Shown: positions 40,474 to 50,400 of the stretch, one piece after another | Position numbering within the stretch: the first letter of the stretch is position 1 | Layout: each line of letters begins with the position of its first letter | Assembly (NCBI GenBank): GCA_036774405.1 | Contig: DAIPBO010000012.1 | Location: 18,645 to 82,644, forward strand | DNA: 64,000 bases | Reading direction: 5' to 3' | Source: Chloroflexota bacterium | GTDB taxonomy: Bacteria; Chloroflexota; Anaerolineae; UBA1429 | Program-made: the position numbers and the translations under genes | Notes under the pieces: model-generated | Database searches by the model: none | What the model saw: the letters and a program-made list of their open reading frames with translations, nothing else | Told to the model about the DNA's origin: nothing

Positions 40474-41099
40474 GGCCGCACATAGGGATTGCCGGCGCGT
40501 TCGAGCGCGATAGTGGTCTCGGGGCCATGCCCTGGATAGACCACCGTCTCGGGTGGAAGAGTGTACAGGCGCTCGCGGATGGACTGTGCGAGGATGCGCT
40601 GGCTGCCACCGGGCAGGTCGGTGCGACCGATGCTGCCGGCAAAGAGCGCATCCCCGCAGAACACCACGCGTTCGCTGGCGAGGTAGAATGATAGCCCGCC
40701 GGGCGAATGGCCCGGGGTGAGCAGGCAGGCGATCGTCAGTTCGCCGAGCCCCAGCGTCTCGTTGTCAACGAGTAGACGCCCGGCCTTGACCGGCGAGATA
40801 CCGCCCTGGGCGAACAGCTTAAAGATGGCGGGCGGCCTGGCCAACGGTTCGGCCTCGTGGGCGTGGATGCAGACCTCGGCGCCTGTCGCCTCAACCAAGC
40901 CATTGACGGCGCCGATATGGTCGAAATGATAGTGAGTGAGCAGGATGTACCGCAGCTCGAGGGCCTGCTCTTTGAGCAGGGCGAGCACGCGCTCGGGCTC
41001 AGCGCCCGGATCGATGACGGCCGACGGGCCGCCCCGCCCGTCGGCCAGCAGGTAGCAGTTGGTCTGCAGCGGGCCGAGGGCCAGAGCCTTGAGTAACAA
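40470..41099 (-). CDS. MBL-fold metallo-hydrolase (hydroxyacylglutathione hydrolase-like)
   Basis: HxHxDH motif (THYHFDHIG) and downstream His/Asp ligands. TTG start 6 nt after GGGAGG. The track ORF to 41531 is out of frame in its upstream part. Confidence 0.8.
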   Translation of the reverse strand: MLLKALALGPLQTNCYLLADGRGGPSAVIDPGAEPERVLALLKEQALELRYILLTHYHFDHIGAVNGLVEATGAEVCIHAHEAEPLARPPAIFKLFAQGGISPVKAGRLLVDNETLGLGELTIACLLTPGHSPGGLSFYLASERVVFCGDALFAGSIGRTDLPGGSQRILAQSIRERLYTLPPETVVYPGHGPETTIALERAGNPYVRP

Positions 41100-41195
41100 A
41101 ACGTGCCTCCCATCGGTGCTGATAGCGTCGATCCTAGTCAGCGCCGGGGGATGCGTCAACTGCGACCCTGGTCGCGCATATGAAGGAGTCTCGCC

Positions 41196-42935
41196 ATGCG
41201 CATGAGTCATCTCTTTGGCCGCACCCTGCGCGATGCCCCCTCGGATGCTCAGCTGCCCAGCCACCAACTCTCGGTGCGCGCCGGGCTGGTGCGGCAGCTT
41301 GCCCAGGGCATCTACTCGTTTCTGCCTTTGGGGTGGCGCGCCATTCGCAAGATCGAGGGGATCATCCGGCAGGAGATGGACGCTGTCGGTGGCCAAGAGT
41401 TGCTGATGCCACTGGTGCACCCGGCCGAGCTGTGGCAGCGTACCGGCCGTTACGACGCCCCTGCGCCAGGCCGCAACCTGCTGCGATTTAACGACCGCTG
41501 GGACCACCCCATGGTGCTGGCGATGACTCACGAAGAGGTGGCCGCCGATCTGGCGCGCACCGAGATCAGCTCATACCGGCAGTTGCCGTTGATGACCTAC
41601 CACTTTCAGGTCAAGTTCCGCGACGAGCCCCGGGCGCGAGGCGGATTGGTGCGCGTGCGCGAGTTCATTATGAAGGATGCCTACACCTATAGCGCCAGCG
41701 ACGAGCAGCTCGACGAGCAGTACCAGGCTATCTATGCGGCCTATCTGCGCATCTTTCAGCGTTGTGGGCTTGACGTCTTGCCCGTGCGGGCTGCTACGGG
41801 CGCTATGGGCGGTTCGGCATCGCACGAGTTTATGGTGCCCAATGAGCTGGGCGAGGACACACTGCTGCTCTGCCCTGCGTGTGGTTATGCGGCCAACGCC
41901 GAGACGGCCACCTTCACCAAGGGGCAGGCGGCAGAGGAGCCGTTGGCGGCTATGGAACAGGTGGCCACGCCCGGCGCCACCACCATCGAGGCGGTGGCAC
42001 GCTACCTGGGCGTGCCGGTGAACAAGACCGCCAAGGCGGTGTTCTTGGCCACGCCCGCCGGCCGGGTGGTCTTTTGCGTTATCCGCGGTGATCTCGAGGT
42101 GAGCGAGGCCAAAGTGTCGGCGCTGCTGGGCGGCGAGGAGCTGGGTGCAGCCACACCGGAGCAACTGCAGCGTGCCGGGCTGGTGGCGGGCTATGCCTCG
42201 CCGGTGGGCGTCAAAGAGGGCGCCGCGGGCGAGGCGGTACTGGTGATCGGCGACGACTCGCTGCTGCATGCGCCCAACCTGGTGGCCGGCGCCAACAGGC
42301 CAGGCTATCACCTCGTCAACGTCAACTATCCCCGCGATTACGCCGTGGATCAGATGTCTGACATTGCCCTGGCCCGTGAGGGCGATCCGTGCCCCGTCTG
42401 CCAGCAGCCGCTGCAACTGACGCGCGGCATCGAGGTGGGGCATGTGTTCAAGCTGGGCACCCGCTACAGCGATGCCCTGGGCGCCACCTATCTGGATGCC
42501 GATGGCCGGCCGCATCCGGTGATCATGGGCAGCTATGGCATCGGGCTGGGGCGGCTGCTGGCGTGTATCATCGAGCAGCATCACGACGAGCATGGCATCG
42601 TCTGGCCTACAAGCGTTGCGCCCTATCAGGTGTACATCGCTTCGCTGGCGCGGCCGGGGTCTGAGGTCGAGCAGGCGGCCGATGCCCTGTATGAGCGGCT
42701 GTGCGCCGCCGGGTTCGAGGTGCTCTATGACGATCGCAACGAGCGCGCTGGGGTCAAGTTCAACGATGCGGACCTGCTTGGCATACCCGTACGCCTGACG
42801 GTGAGCGACCGCACAGCGCCGCAGCATACAGTCGAGTGCAAGCTGCGTTGGGAGTCAGAGCGGCACCTCGTACCCCTCGATGAGGTCGAGTCGGTCATCG
42901 GCGCCGCAATGAACCTGCAGCAGCCCCAGGCTTGA
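41196..42935 (+). CDS. proS: Proline--tRNA ligase
   Basis: 579 aa. Class II aaRS with the ProRS pattern, an editing insertion and the C-terminal anticodon-binding region. Confidence 0.95.
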   Translation: MRMSHLFGRTLRDAPSDAQLPSHQLSVRAGLVRQLAQGIYSFLPLGWRAIRKIEGIIRQEMDAVGGQELLMPLVHPAELWQRTGRYDAPAPGRNLLRFNDRWDHPMVLAMTHEEVAADLARTEISSYRQLPLMTYHFQVKFRDEPRARGGLVRVREFIMKDAYTYSASDEQLDEQYQAIYAAYLRIFQRCGLDVLPVRAATGAMGGSASHEFMVPNELGEDTLLLCPACGYAANAETATFTKGQAAEEPLAAMEQVATPGATTIEAVARYLGVPVNKTAKAVFLATPAGRVVFCVIRGDLEVSEAKVSALLGGEELGAATPEQLQRAGLVAGYASPVGVKEGAAGEAVLVIGDDSLLHAPNLVAGANRPGYHLVNVNYPRDYAVDQMSDIALAREGDPCPVCQQPLQLTRGIEVGHVFKLGTRYSDALGATYLDADGRPHPVIMGSYGIGLGRLLACIIEQHHDEHGIVWPTSVAPYQVYIASLARPGSEVEQAADALYERLCAAGFEVLYDDRNERAGVKFNDADLLGIPVRLTVSDRTAPQHTVECKLRWESERHLVPLDEVESVIGAAMNLQQPQA

Positions 42936-43223
42936 CGTGCGCAGCCCATGCTGCTATGATCTGGGCATCGGCGATGATCGGAAGGAGTAGCCGTTCGCGC
43001 GTCGCAAGAGATGAGGGGTCAGCGGCTGAGAGCCCCTCTCGGCGCCAGGCGGTGAAGGTCGTCCGTGAGCCAGATGGCTGAAGGCGAGTAAGCCACCTCG
43101 GGTGCGCCCGTTATAGCGATCGAGCGTGGTCGGCCAAGGCCGGCCAAAGAGGAGTGGTACCGCGGAAGGCGCAAGATGGCGCCCTTTCGTCTCCAGCAGA
43201 CGAGAGGGCGCTTTGTCGTTGTT
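42932..43223 (+). promoter_or_regulatory. Promoter (TTGACG-17-TATGAT) plus T-box riboswitch leader with intrinsic terminator, upstream of valS
   Basis: AGAGA-type element (gcaagagatgagg). Candidate specifier region with GUC (gaaggucg). T-box sequence gaggaGUGGUACCGCGg at 43150..43166. Terminator hairpin 43179..43211 plus tttgtcgttgtt. The T-box 3' half can pair with the 5' arm of the terminator (antiterminator). Confidence 0.7.
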
Positions 43224-43248
43224 GAGGATCGATCTGGGGAGGAAACAG

Positions 43249-45921
43249 ATGACCAAGATGCCGCTGCCGCAAGAGATGGCCAGGATGTACGACGCCGCAG
43301 CCATCGAGCAGCCCCTATATCACTGGTGGATGGAGCGCGGCGATTTTAAGCCGCGCATCGACCCGGCGCAAAAGCCGTTCGTGATCTCAATGCCGCCGCC
43401 CAACGTCACCGGCGCACTGCATCTGGGGCACGCCATCATCGCATCGATCGAAGACGCGATGATCCGCTACCATCGTCTGCATGGCCGGCCAACGCTCTGG
43501 GTGCCTGGCAGCGACCATGCTGGCATCGCGACGCAGAACGTGGTCGAGCGCGAGCTGGCCAAAGAGGGCCTCACGCGGCACGATCTGGGCCGCGAAAAGT
43601 TCGTCGAGCGGGTGTGGCAGTGGAAAGAGGTCTACCATCGGCGCATCACCGAGCAGCACTATGCCCTGGGCGTCTCGTGCGACTGGGACCGCGAGCGCTT
43701 TACCATGGATGAGGGCCTCTCGCGGGCGGTGAGAGAAGCTTTTGTGCAGCTCTACGAAGATGGTTTGATCTACCGTGGCTCGTATCTGGTGAACTGGTGC
43801 CCGCGCTGCGGCACGGCCATCTCTGACCTCGAGGTGGAGCACGAGGATGAGCAGGCGCACTTGTGGTACGTGCGCTACTGGACGGCCGACCGCAGCCGCT
43901 CGATCACGGTGGCCACCACGCGCCCCGAGACGATTCTGGGCGATACGGCTGTGGCCGTGCACCCCGAGGATGAGCGCTATGCTGACCTGGTGGGGCTTGA
44001 GGTGGTGCTGCCGGTGATCGGGCGCGCCATCCCCATTGTGGCAGATGAGGCGGTGGATCGTGCCTTTGGAACCGGCGCCGTCAAGATCACGCCGGCGCAT
44101 GACCCGGTGGACTATGAGGTGGGGCAACGGCATGGCCTGCCGTCGATCAATGTGATGAACGACGATATGACCATGAACGCCGAGGCCGGCCCCTACGTGG
44201 GCCAAGACCGCTTTGACTGTCGCCGCAACCTGGTGGCTGACATCGAGGCGCTGGGCGATCTGATCAAGATCCAGGATCTGAGCCACGCTGTGGGGCATTG
44301 CCAGCGCTGCAACACCATCGTAGAACCGCGCATCTCCAAGCAGTGGTTCGTCAAGACGGCACCGCTGGCCGAGGAGGCGCTGGCGGCCGTCAACGATGGA
44401 CGTATTCGCATCGTGCCTGAGCGTTTTGCGCGCGTGTATGCCAACTGGATGGAGAACATCCGCGACTGGTGTATCTCGCGGCAGCTCTGGTGGGGGCATC
44501 GCATCCCTGTCTGGTACTGTGCCGACTGTGGCGCCGAACTCTGTGCCCGTGAAGACCCGACCACCTGCGCCAAGTGCGGCGGCAGGGCCCTGGAGCAAGA
44601 CCCTGACGTGCTCGACACCTGGTTCTCGTCGGGGCTGTGGCCCTTTTCGACGTTGGGCTGGCCCGACCAGACGCCCGACCTGGACTATTTTTACCCCACG
44701 TCGGTGCTCGAGACGGGCTATGACATCCTCTTTTTCTGGGTGGCTCGCATGATCATGATGGGTCTGCGCATGACGGGGCAGGTGCCTTTCGATACCGTCT
44801 ATCTGCATGGGCTCATCCGCAACGAGGACGGCAAAAAGATCAGCAAGTCGCTGCCTAACGCCGAGAGCTATGATCCGCTGAACATCATCCGCGAGTATGG
44901 GCAGGACGCACTGCGCTACACACTGCTCACCGGCTCTACCCCTGGCAACGACATGAAGCTGTCGCTTGGCCGCGTGGAGAGCAACCGCAACTTTGGCAAC
45001 AAGCTGTGGCAGGCGGCTCGCTTTGTGCTGGGCAACCTGGGCGATCAGTCGGCCGCCTTTACGCCACCCGCGAGCGTCGACCCTGCCACGCTCGACGACG
45101 TCGCTGACCGCTGGATCGTGAGCCGATTCCATGGTCTGGTTGGCGAGGTGGATCGCCTCTTTGAGGCTTATCAGATCGGCGAGGCGGGCCGACAGATCTA
45201 TGAGTTCATCTGGGGCGAGTACTGTGACTGGTATATCGAGATGACCAAAGTGCGCCTGCGCGGCGACGGCGGGTCGGCGGCCGAGCAGGCGCTGCAGGCG
45301 CTGGTGTACGTGCTCGACGGCTGTCTCAAGCTGCTGCACCCCTACATGCCCTTTGTCACCGAGGCGATCTGGCAATACCTGCCGCACCATGGCGAGGCGT
45401 TGATCGTGGCCGACTGGCCGGCCGGTGGCGCGCAAGATGCCGAGGCCGAGGCCGATCTGGCGGCGCTGATGGAGCTCGTGCGGGCCATCCGCAACGTGCG
45501 CAGCGAGTATGAGGTGGAGGCGAGCCGGCGCATCGGCGCGGTGGTGGTGGCCGGCGAGCGGCTGGCGCTGGTCGAGTCGCAGCGCGAGGCGTTTCTGCAG
45601 CTGGCGCGCATCGACCCGGCACAGCTCACCCTGGTGACTGGCCTCGCTGAGCACCCAGAGCGCGCCGTCAGCCTGGTGGTGGCCGGGTTCGAGTGCTATC
45701 TGCCACTGGCCGCGCTGGTCGACCTCGATGTCGAGCGCGAGCGGATCGGCAAACAGCTCGCCGAGCTGGCCAGCGAGATCGCACGTTCTGAAAAGCTGCT
45801 GGGCAACGCCGGCTTTGTGGCCAAGGCGCCAGAGGCGGTGGTGGAACGCGAGCGCGTCAAACTGGGCGACCTGCGAGAGCGCCGCGCCAAGCTCGATAAC
45901 CGCCAACAGGCTCTGAGCTGA
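43249..45921 (+). CDS. valS: Valine--tRNA ligase
   Basis: 890 aa. HIGH (PPNVTGALHLGH) and KMSKS (KISKSL) motifs and the C-terminal coiled coil. Start is the ATG after GGGGAGG (43249); the track's 43126 start lies inside the T-box leader. Confidence 0.95.
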   Translation: MTKMPLPQEMARMYDAAAIEQPLYHWWMERGDFKPRIDPAQKPFVISMPPPNVTGALHLGHAIIASIEDAMIRYHRLHGRPTLWVPGSDHAGIATQNVVERELAKEGLTRHDLGREKFVERVWQWKEVYHRRITEQHYALGVSCDWDRERFTMDEGLSRAVREAFVQLYEDGLIYRGSYLVNWCPRCGTAISDLEVEHEDEQAHLWYVRYWTADRSRSITVATTRPETILGDTAVAVHPEDERYADLVGLEVVLPVIGRAIPIVADEAVDRAFGTGAVKITPAHDPVDYEVGQRHGLPSINVMNDDMTMNAEAGPYVGQDRFDCRRNLVADIEALGDLIKIQDLSHAVGHCQRCNTIVEPRISKQWFVKTAPLAEEALAAVNDGRIRIVPERFARVYANWMENIRDWCISRQLWWGHRIPVWYCADCGAELCAREDPTTCAKCGGRALEQDPDVLDTWFSSGLWPFSTLGWPDQTPDLDYFYPTSVLETGYDILFFWVARMIMMGLRMTGQVPFDTVYLHGLIRNEDGKKISKSLPNAESYDPLNIIREYGQDALRYTLLTGSTPGNDMKLSLGRVESNRNFGNKLWQAARFVLGNLGDQSAAFTPPASVDPATLDDVADRWIVSRFHGLVGEVDRLFEAYQIGEAGRQIYEFIWGEYCDWYIEMTKVRLRGDGGSAAEQALQALVYVLDGCLKLLHPYMPFVTEAIWQYLPHHGEALIVADWPAGGAQDAEAEADLAALMELVRAIRNVRSEYEVEASRRIGAVVVAGERLALVESQREAFLQLARIDPAQLTLVTGLAEHPERAVSLVVAGFECYLPLAALVDLDVERERIGKQLAELASEIARSEKLLGNAGFVAKAPEAVVERERVKLGDLRERRAKLDNRQQALS

Positions 45922-45937
45922 GATCAGTGCGACTATG

Positions 45938-45971
45938 AACGGGGCCTGCGTTTACGCAGGCCCCGTTTTGC
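45938..45971 (+). terminator. Intrinsic terminator after valS (aacggggcctgcg / cgcaggccccgtt plus TTTTG)
   Basis: Seen directly. Confidence 0.8.
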
Positions 45972-45987
45972 TGCTTGCCAGACCGAC

Positions 45988-46015
45988 TTGACACCCTCAG
46001 GGGGCATGGTATAAT
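45988..46015 (+). promoter_or_regulatory. Near-consensus sigma70 promoter with extended -10 (TTGACA-16-TGGTATAAT), followed by an AT-rich leader
   Basis: TTGACA at 45988..45993 and TATAAT at 46010..46015. GGAGG RBS precedes the ATG at 46059. Confidence 0.6.
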
Positions 46016-46058
46016 CTTTAGTAAGTCAATAAACAATAACATCCCTGAGGAGGTTGTG

Positions 46059-46997
46059 ATGGAGTTCCGGAGACTTGGCAAGGCGGGCATCAAGCTGAGT
46101 ACGGTGGGCCTGGGCGGTTGGACGACCTTTGGCGAAAGCATTCAGGATCGTGACCTGACACGCGATATCATCCGCGCCGCGTATGAGCAGGGGATCAACT
46201 TTTTCGACATCGCCGACGCCTATGCGCGCGGTGGTTCGGAAGAGATGATGGGGCAGGTGCTGCGCGAGTTCCCACGGCATACGCTGGTGATCTCGAGCAA
46301 GCTGTTCTGGCCGATGAGCGACGATGTGAACGACCGCGGACTCTCGCGCAAGCACGTCTTTGAGTCGGTGGACAAGTCGCTCAAACGCATCGGCACTGAC
46401 TATCTGGACATCTACTACTGCCATCGCTTTGACCCCGAGACGCCTCTCGAAGAAACAGTGCGCGCCATGGATGATCTGGTGCATCAGGGCAAGGTGCTCT
46501 ACTGGGGCACTAGCGAGTGGAGTGGCGCCCAGATCGCAGAGGCCGTGGGCCTGGCGCGCCAGCACAATCTCTATGCGCCCAGCGTTGAACAGCCGCACTA
46601 TAGCCTGCTACATCGCCAGCGCGTCGAGGGAGAGATCATCCCCGCGGTGCGGGCACATGGCATTGGGCTCACGACCTTTAGCCCGCTGGCAAACGGCATT
46701 CTGACGGGGAAGTACGATGACGGGGTGCCGGCAGATAGCCGCGCGGCCCGCAATGAGCACCTGCGCGAGCGCCTAACTGATGACCTGCTCGACAAGGTGC
46801 GCCGCCTCAAGCCCATCGCCGATGACCTGGGCATTAACCGCGCCCAGCTGGCTGTGGCCTGGATTCTGCGCCAGCCTGAGGTGACTGCGGTAATCACTGG
46901 CGCCACCAGGCCCGAGCATGTGGCTGGCAATGCCAGGGCAGCTAGCGTGGCGTTGACCCCCGACGTCGTTGCGGCCATCGACGCTCTCTTTGCCTAG
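46059..46997 (+). CDS. Aldo/keto reductase (Kv-beta/AKR-type)
   Basis: 312 aa. AKR pattern (GTDYLDIYYCHRFD, the catalytic tetrad region). Confidence 0.9.
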   Translation: MEFRRLGKAGIKLSTVGLGGWTTFGESIQDRDLTRDIIRAAYEQGINFFDIADAYARGGSEEMMGQVLREFPRHTLVISSKLFWPMSDDVNDRGLSRKHVFESVDKSLKRIGTDYLDIYYCHRFDPETPLEETVRAMDDLVHQGKVLYWGTSEWSGAQIAEAVGLARQHNLYAPSVEQPHYSLLHRQRVEGEIIPAVRAHGIGLTTFSPLANGILTGKYDDGVPADSRAARNEHLRERLTDDLLDKVRRLKPIADDLGINRAQLAVAWILRQPEVTAVITGATRPEHVAGNARAASVALTPDVVAAIDALFA

Positions 46998-47020
46998 CCC
47001 GTCACCGGCCTTTTTGAAAC

Positions 47021-47056
47021 AGCAACAGCGCCCACAGGGCGCTGTTGCTTTGCTTT
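47021..47056 (+). terminator. Intrinsic terminator after the AKR gene (agcaacagcgccc / gggcgctgttgctt plus TGCTTT)
   Basis: Seen directly. Bidirectional context with the convergent cupin gene. Confidence 0.7.
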
Positions 47057-47075
47057 ACCGTCTGGCAGCCGGCGG

Positions 47076-47408
47076 TTACTCGACGACTGGCCACCAGAGG
47101 GCGAACCAGAGCATCTCGCCGTCCGAGTTGTTGCGCACGGTGTGCATCACATCGGGGGGCACATCGACCACCATGCCGGGGAAGGTCTCGGCGACCTCAT
47201 CGCCGATGACCACCTGGCCATGGCCTGCATGGAAGAAGTAGATCTCTTGCGTGGGGTGCGTGTGAGGTTCCATCTCGCCGCCCGGGTTGAGATGGCCCCA
47301 GGCATGGCCAAAGGGCGCCTTGACGCCGTCGGGCAGCACGGGCATGGCCAGGATGGTACCGGCATGGGCCGGGCGTGCGGTCAGGGCATCATAGCTGCTG
47401 GTGTTCAT
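47076..47408 (-). CDS. Cupin-domain protein
   Basis: 110 aa. Two His-containing cupin motifs (HTHPTQEIYFF...G; PPDVMHTVRN). Start at MNTSS after GGAGG; the track ORF is N-terminally extended. Confidence 0.75.
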   Translation of the reverse strand: MNTSSYDALTARPAHAGTILAMPVLPDGVKAPFGHAWGHLNPGGEMEPHTHPTQEIYFFHAGHGQVVIGDEVAETFPGMVVDVPPDVMHTVRNNSDGEMLWFALWWPVVE

Positions 47409-47419
47409 GTTTCGCTCCT

Positions 47420-50400
47420 CTAGGGTGTGAGTGGGGTGAGCTCGAGTCGATCCATCATCCCGAGCGCGGCGGTGAGGCGATCGCGCCAGTCTGCGCCGAC
47501 CTGCAGCCACACACGCGACCCGCGCGCCCGCACGTCGGGCTGGCGGTTCAGCCGCGCCAGGGCGTTGTCGGTGAGCAAGAGGGGCAGCACCAGCACAATC
47601 TCGTCTTCCATGCTCTTGATCTGAATCACGCCAACCTGCTCGGCTCGCGCCTTGACCTCGAGCAGGTAGAACAGGTCCTCGACCGGCGCCGGCATGGTGC
47701 CAAAGCGATCGCGCAGCTCATCGCGTATCTGGGCAACGTCGTCCAGCGTCTTGACGTGAGACAACCGCCGGTAGAGACGCAAGCGCAGGGCGGCGTCGGG
47801 TATATAGTCATCTGGCAGGTGGGCCGAGAGGGGCAGATCGATGCTGGGACCCAGGTCGAGGCTGAGGGCCTCGACGGCTGCCCGGTGTTGAGCACGAATC
47901 ACCGCCTCCAGCGACTCGCCTGAGGCATCGCGGATCTCTTGCACGGCGCGCCGTAACAGGCGGCTATAGAGATCAAACCCGATGGCATTGATGTGGCCGT
48001 GCTGCTCTGCACCGAGAATCTCGCCGGCGCCGCGGATCTCCATATCGCGCATAGCCACGCGCAGGCCTGCGCCCAGCTCGCTGGCCTCTTGGATGGCCTG
48101 CAGGCGCTTGGTGGCGATCTCGGTGAGCGGCGGTCGATAGAGCAGGTAGGCATAGCCGCGGTTGAGCCCACGCCCCACGCGGCCACGCAACTGGTAGAGC
48201 TGCGCCAGGCCAAAATGGTCAGCATCATCGATGATGATGGTGTTGACGTTGGGGATGTCGAGGCCGCTTTCGATGATGGTGGTGCACAGAAGTACGTCAT
48301 ACTGCCCCTGGGCAAAGTCTAGCATCACCTGTGCGAGCTCGTCCTCGTCCATCTGCCCGTGGCCGATGACCACACTGGCCTCGGGCACGATGCGGTGCAA
48401 CGCAGCCGCTACCAGGTCGATATCTTGCACACGGTTGTGCACAAAGTACACCTGACCGTTGCGGTCGATCTCGCGCAGGATGGCCGTGCGGATGGCACTC
48501 TCCTCGTAGGACGCCACCACAGTGCGCACTGCCAGGCGATTCTCGGGGGCCGTATCGATTATGCTCATATCGCGGATGCCGCTGAGCGACATGTGCAGGG
48601 TGCGCGGGATGGGCGTGGCCGTCATGGTGAGCACGTCTACCTCGCGACGGAGCTGCTTGAGGCGCTCTTTGTGGGTAACGCCAAACCGCTGCTCTTCATC
48701 GATGACCACCAGGCCCAGGTCGTGGAACGAGACATCTTGCGAGAGCAGACGGTGTGTGCCGATGACGATATCGACGCTGCCCTCCATGAGGCCGAGGATA
48801 ACCTCGTCTTGCTCGTCGGGGCTACGAAAGCGCGAAAGCATCTCGACGCGCACCGGAAAGGCGCGCAGTCGTCGTCGGAAGGTGTAAAAATGCTGTTGCG
48901 CCAGGATGGTGGTGGGCACCAGCACGGCCACCTGCTTGCCATCCATCACCGCCTTAAAGGCGGCACGCAGGGCCACCTCTGTCTTGCCATAGCCCACGTC
49001 GCCGCACACCAGGCGGTCCATCGGCTTGGGGCGCTCCATGTCGGCCTTGATCTCGGCCAGGGCGCGGAGCTGGTCGTCGGTCTCTTCGTAGGCAAAAGAT
49101 GCCTCTAGCTCGTGCTGCCATTCGGTGTCAGCCGCAAAGGCCATGCCGGGCGTCACCTCACGAGCGGCGTAGAGCTCGAGCAGGTCGCGCGCGATATCGC
49201 GGATGGCCTTTTCAGCCCTTTCGCGGACGGCGGCCCACTCGGTGCCCCCCAGGCGGTGGATGCGCGGTTGGCGCTCGTCGGCGCCCAGGTAGCGGCTAAC
49301 GCGGTCGGCCTGATGAATGGGCACAAAGAGGCGATCGCCCTGTTCATAGGCCAGCTCCAGGTACTCGCGCTCGACGCCGCCGATGCTCTTGCGCACCAAC
49401 CCGCGATAGACGCCGATGCCATACTCAAGGTGTACGACATAGTCGCCCTCTTGCAGGTCGGCAAAGAGGGCCTCCGGTGCGCTCTGGCGAGGGGCTATCT
49501 CTCGGCGTCGCTGTTTGCGCACCCAACCGAACAGCTCAGCATCGGTGAGCAGCAGCAGGTCGGCTGCCGGCAGGGCCCAGCCCTCGTTGACGACGCCATC
49601 GATCAGGCTGATGGTACCTGGTGCTGGTAGGCTCGCCAGCTCGCGAGTCGGCGTCACAGGCACCTGCTGTTGGTGCAAGAGGGTGGCCAGGCGCTCGGCC
49701 TGCCGCGAGACGAGCACCAGCCGTTGGCCGTCGCGGCTGAGGCGCACGGCCTCGGCCAGGCCGTCTTCGAGCTGACCGCCAAAGTGCGGCGCCGCCACAA
49801 AGAGCCGGCCGATGGGAGACTGTAGCTCTTGCTGACCATAGCCGAGGCTGATGGCGCCCGCTAGGCGGGTTTTGAGCTCTTCCCACGTTAGGTGAGCTAT
49901 GGCAAAGTTGGCTGGCAGGTCGCCGTCGCGGATCATGTCGGCCCTCAGACTGGTGGCCTGGTTCTCGAGGCCGAGGGCAGCCGTCTCGAGCGTCAACACA
50001 TCGTCGACCAGCAGCAGGGCATTGGCCGGCAGATAGTCTGTGAGCGTGGCAGCGTTGGGATAGAGATAGGGCGTATAGTACTCGATGCCACGAAAGTAGG
50101 CTCGCTCGAGCAAATGGTCGCGATCGTCCTGATAGCGCGCCCTGGCCACGCCGTTACAGCCATCGAGCTGCCAGCTCGCGAGGGCCTCACGCGCAGCCAG
50201 TCCCCACTCGGGCAGCGCCTCGCTGGCAGGCGGCAAAGCCACGCTGGTAAGGTTTTTGCGGGTGCGCTGCGTGCTGGCATCGAATGTGCGGATCGAGTCG
50301 ATCTCGTCGCCGAAAAAGTCGATGCGAATGGGCCAATGCTGGCCCGGCGGGTAGACATCGACCAGGCTGCCACGGTGGGCAAAGGTGCCTGGCTCCTCAA

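Noticed and set aside
41571-42827. 418-aa minus-strand ORF
   Set aside because: Antisense to proS.
43387-45906. 839-aa minus-strand ORF
   Set aside because: Antisense to valS (HIGH/KMSKS present in the sense frame).
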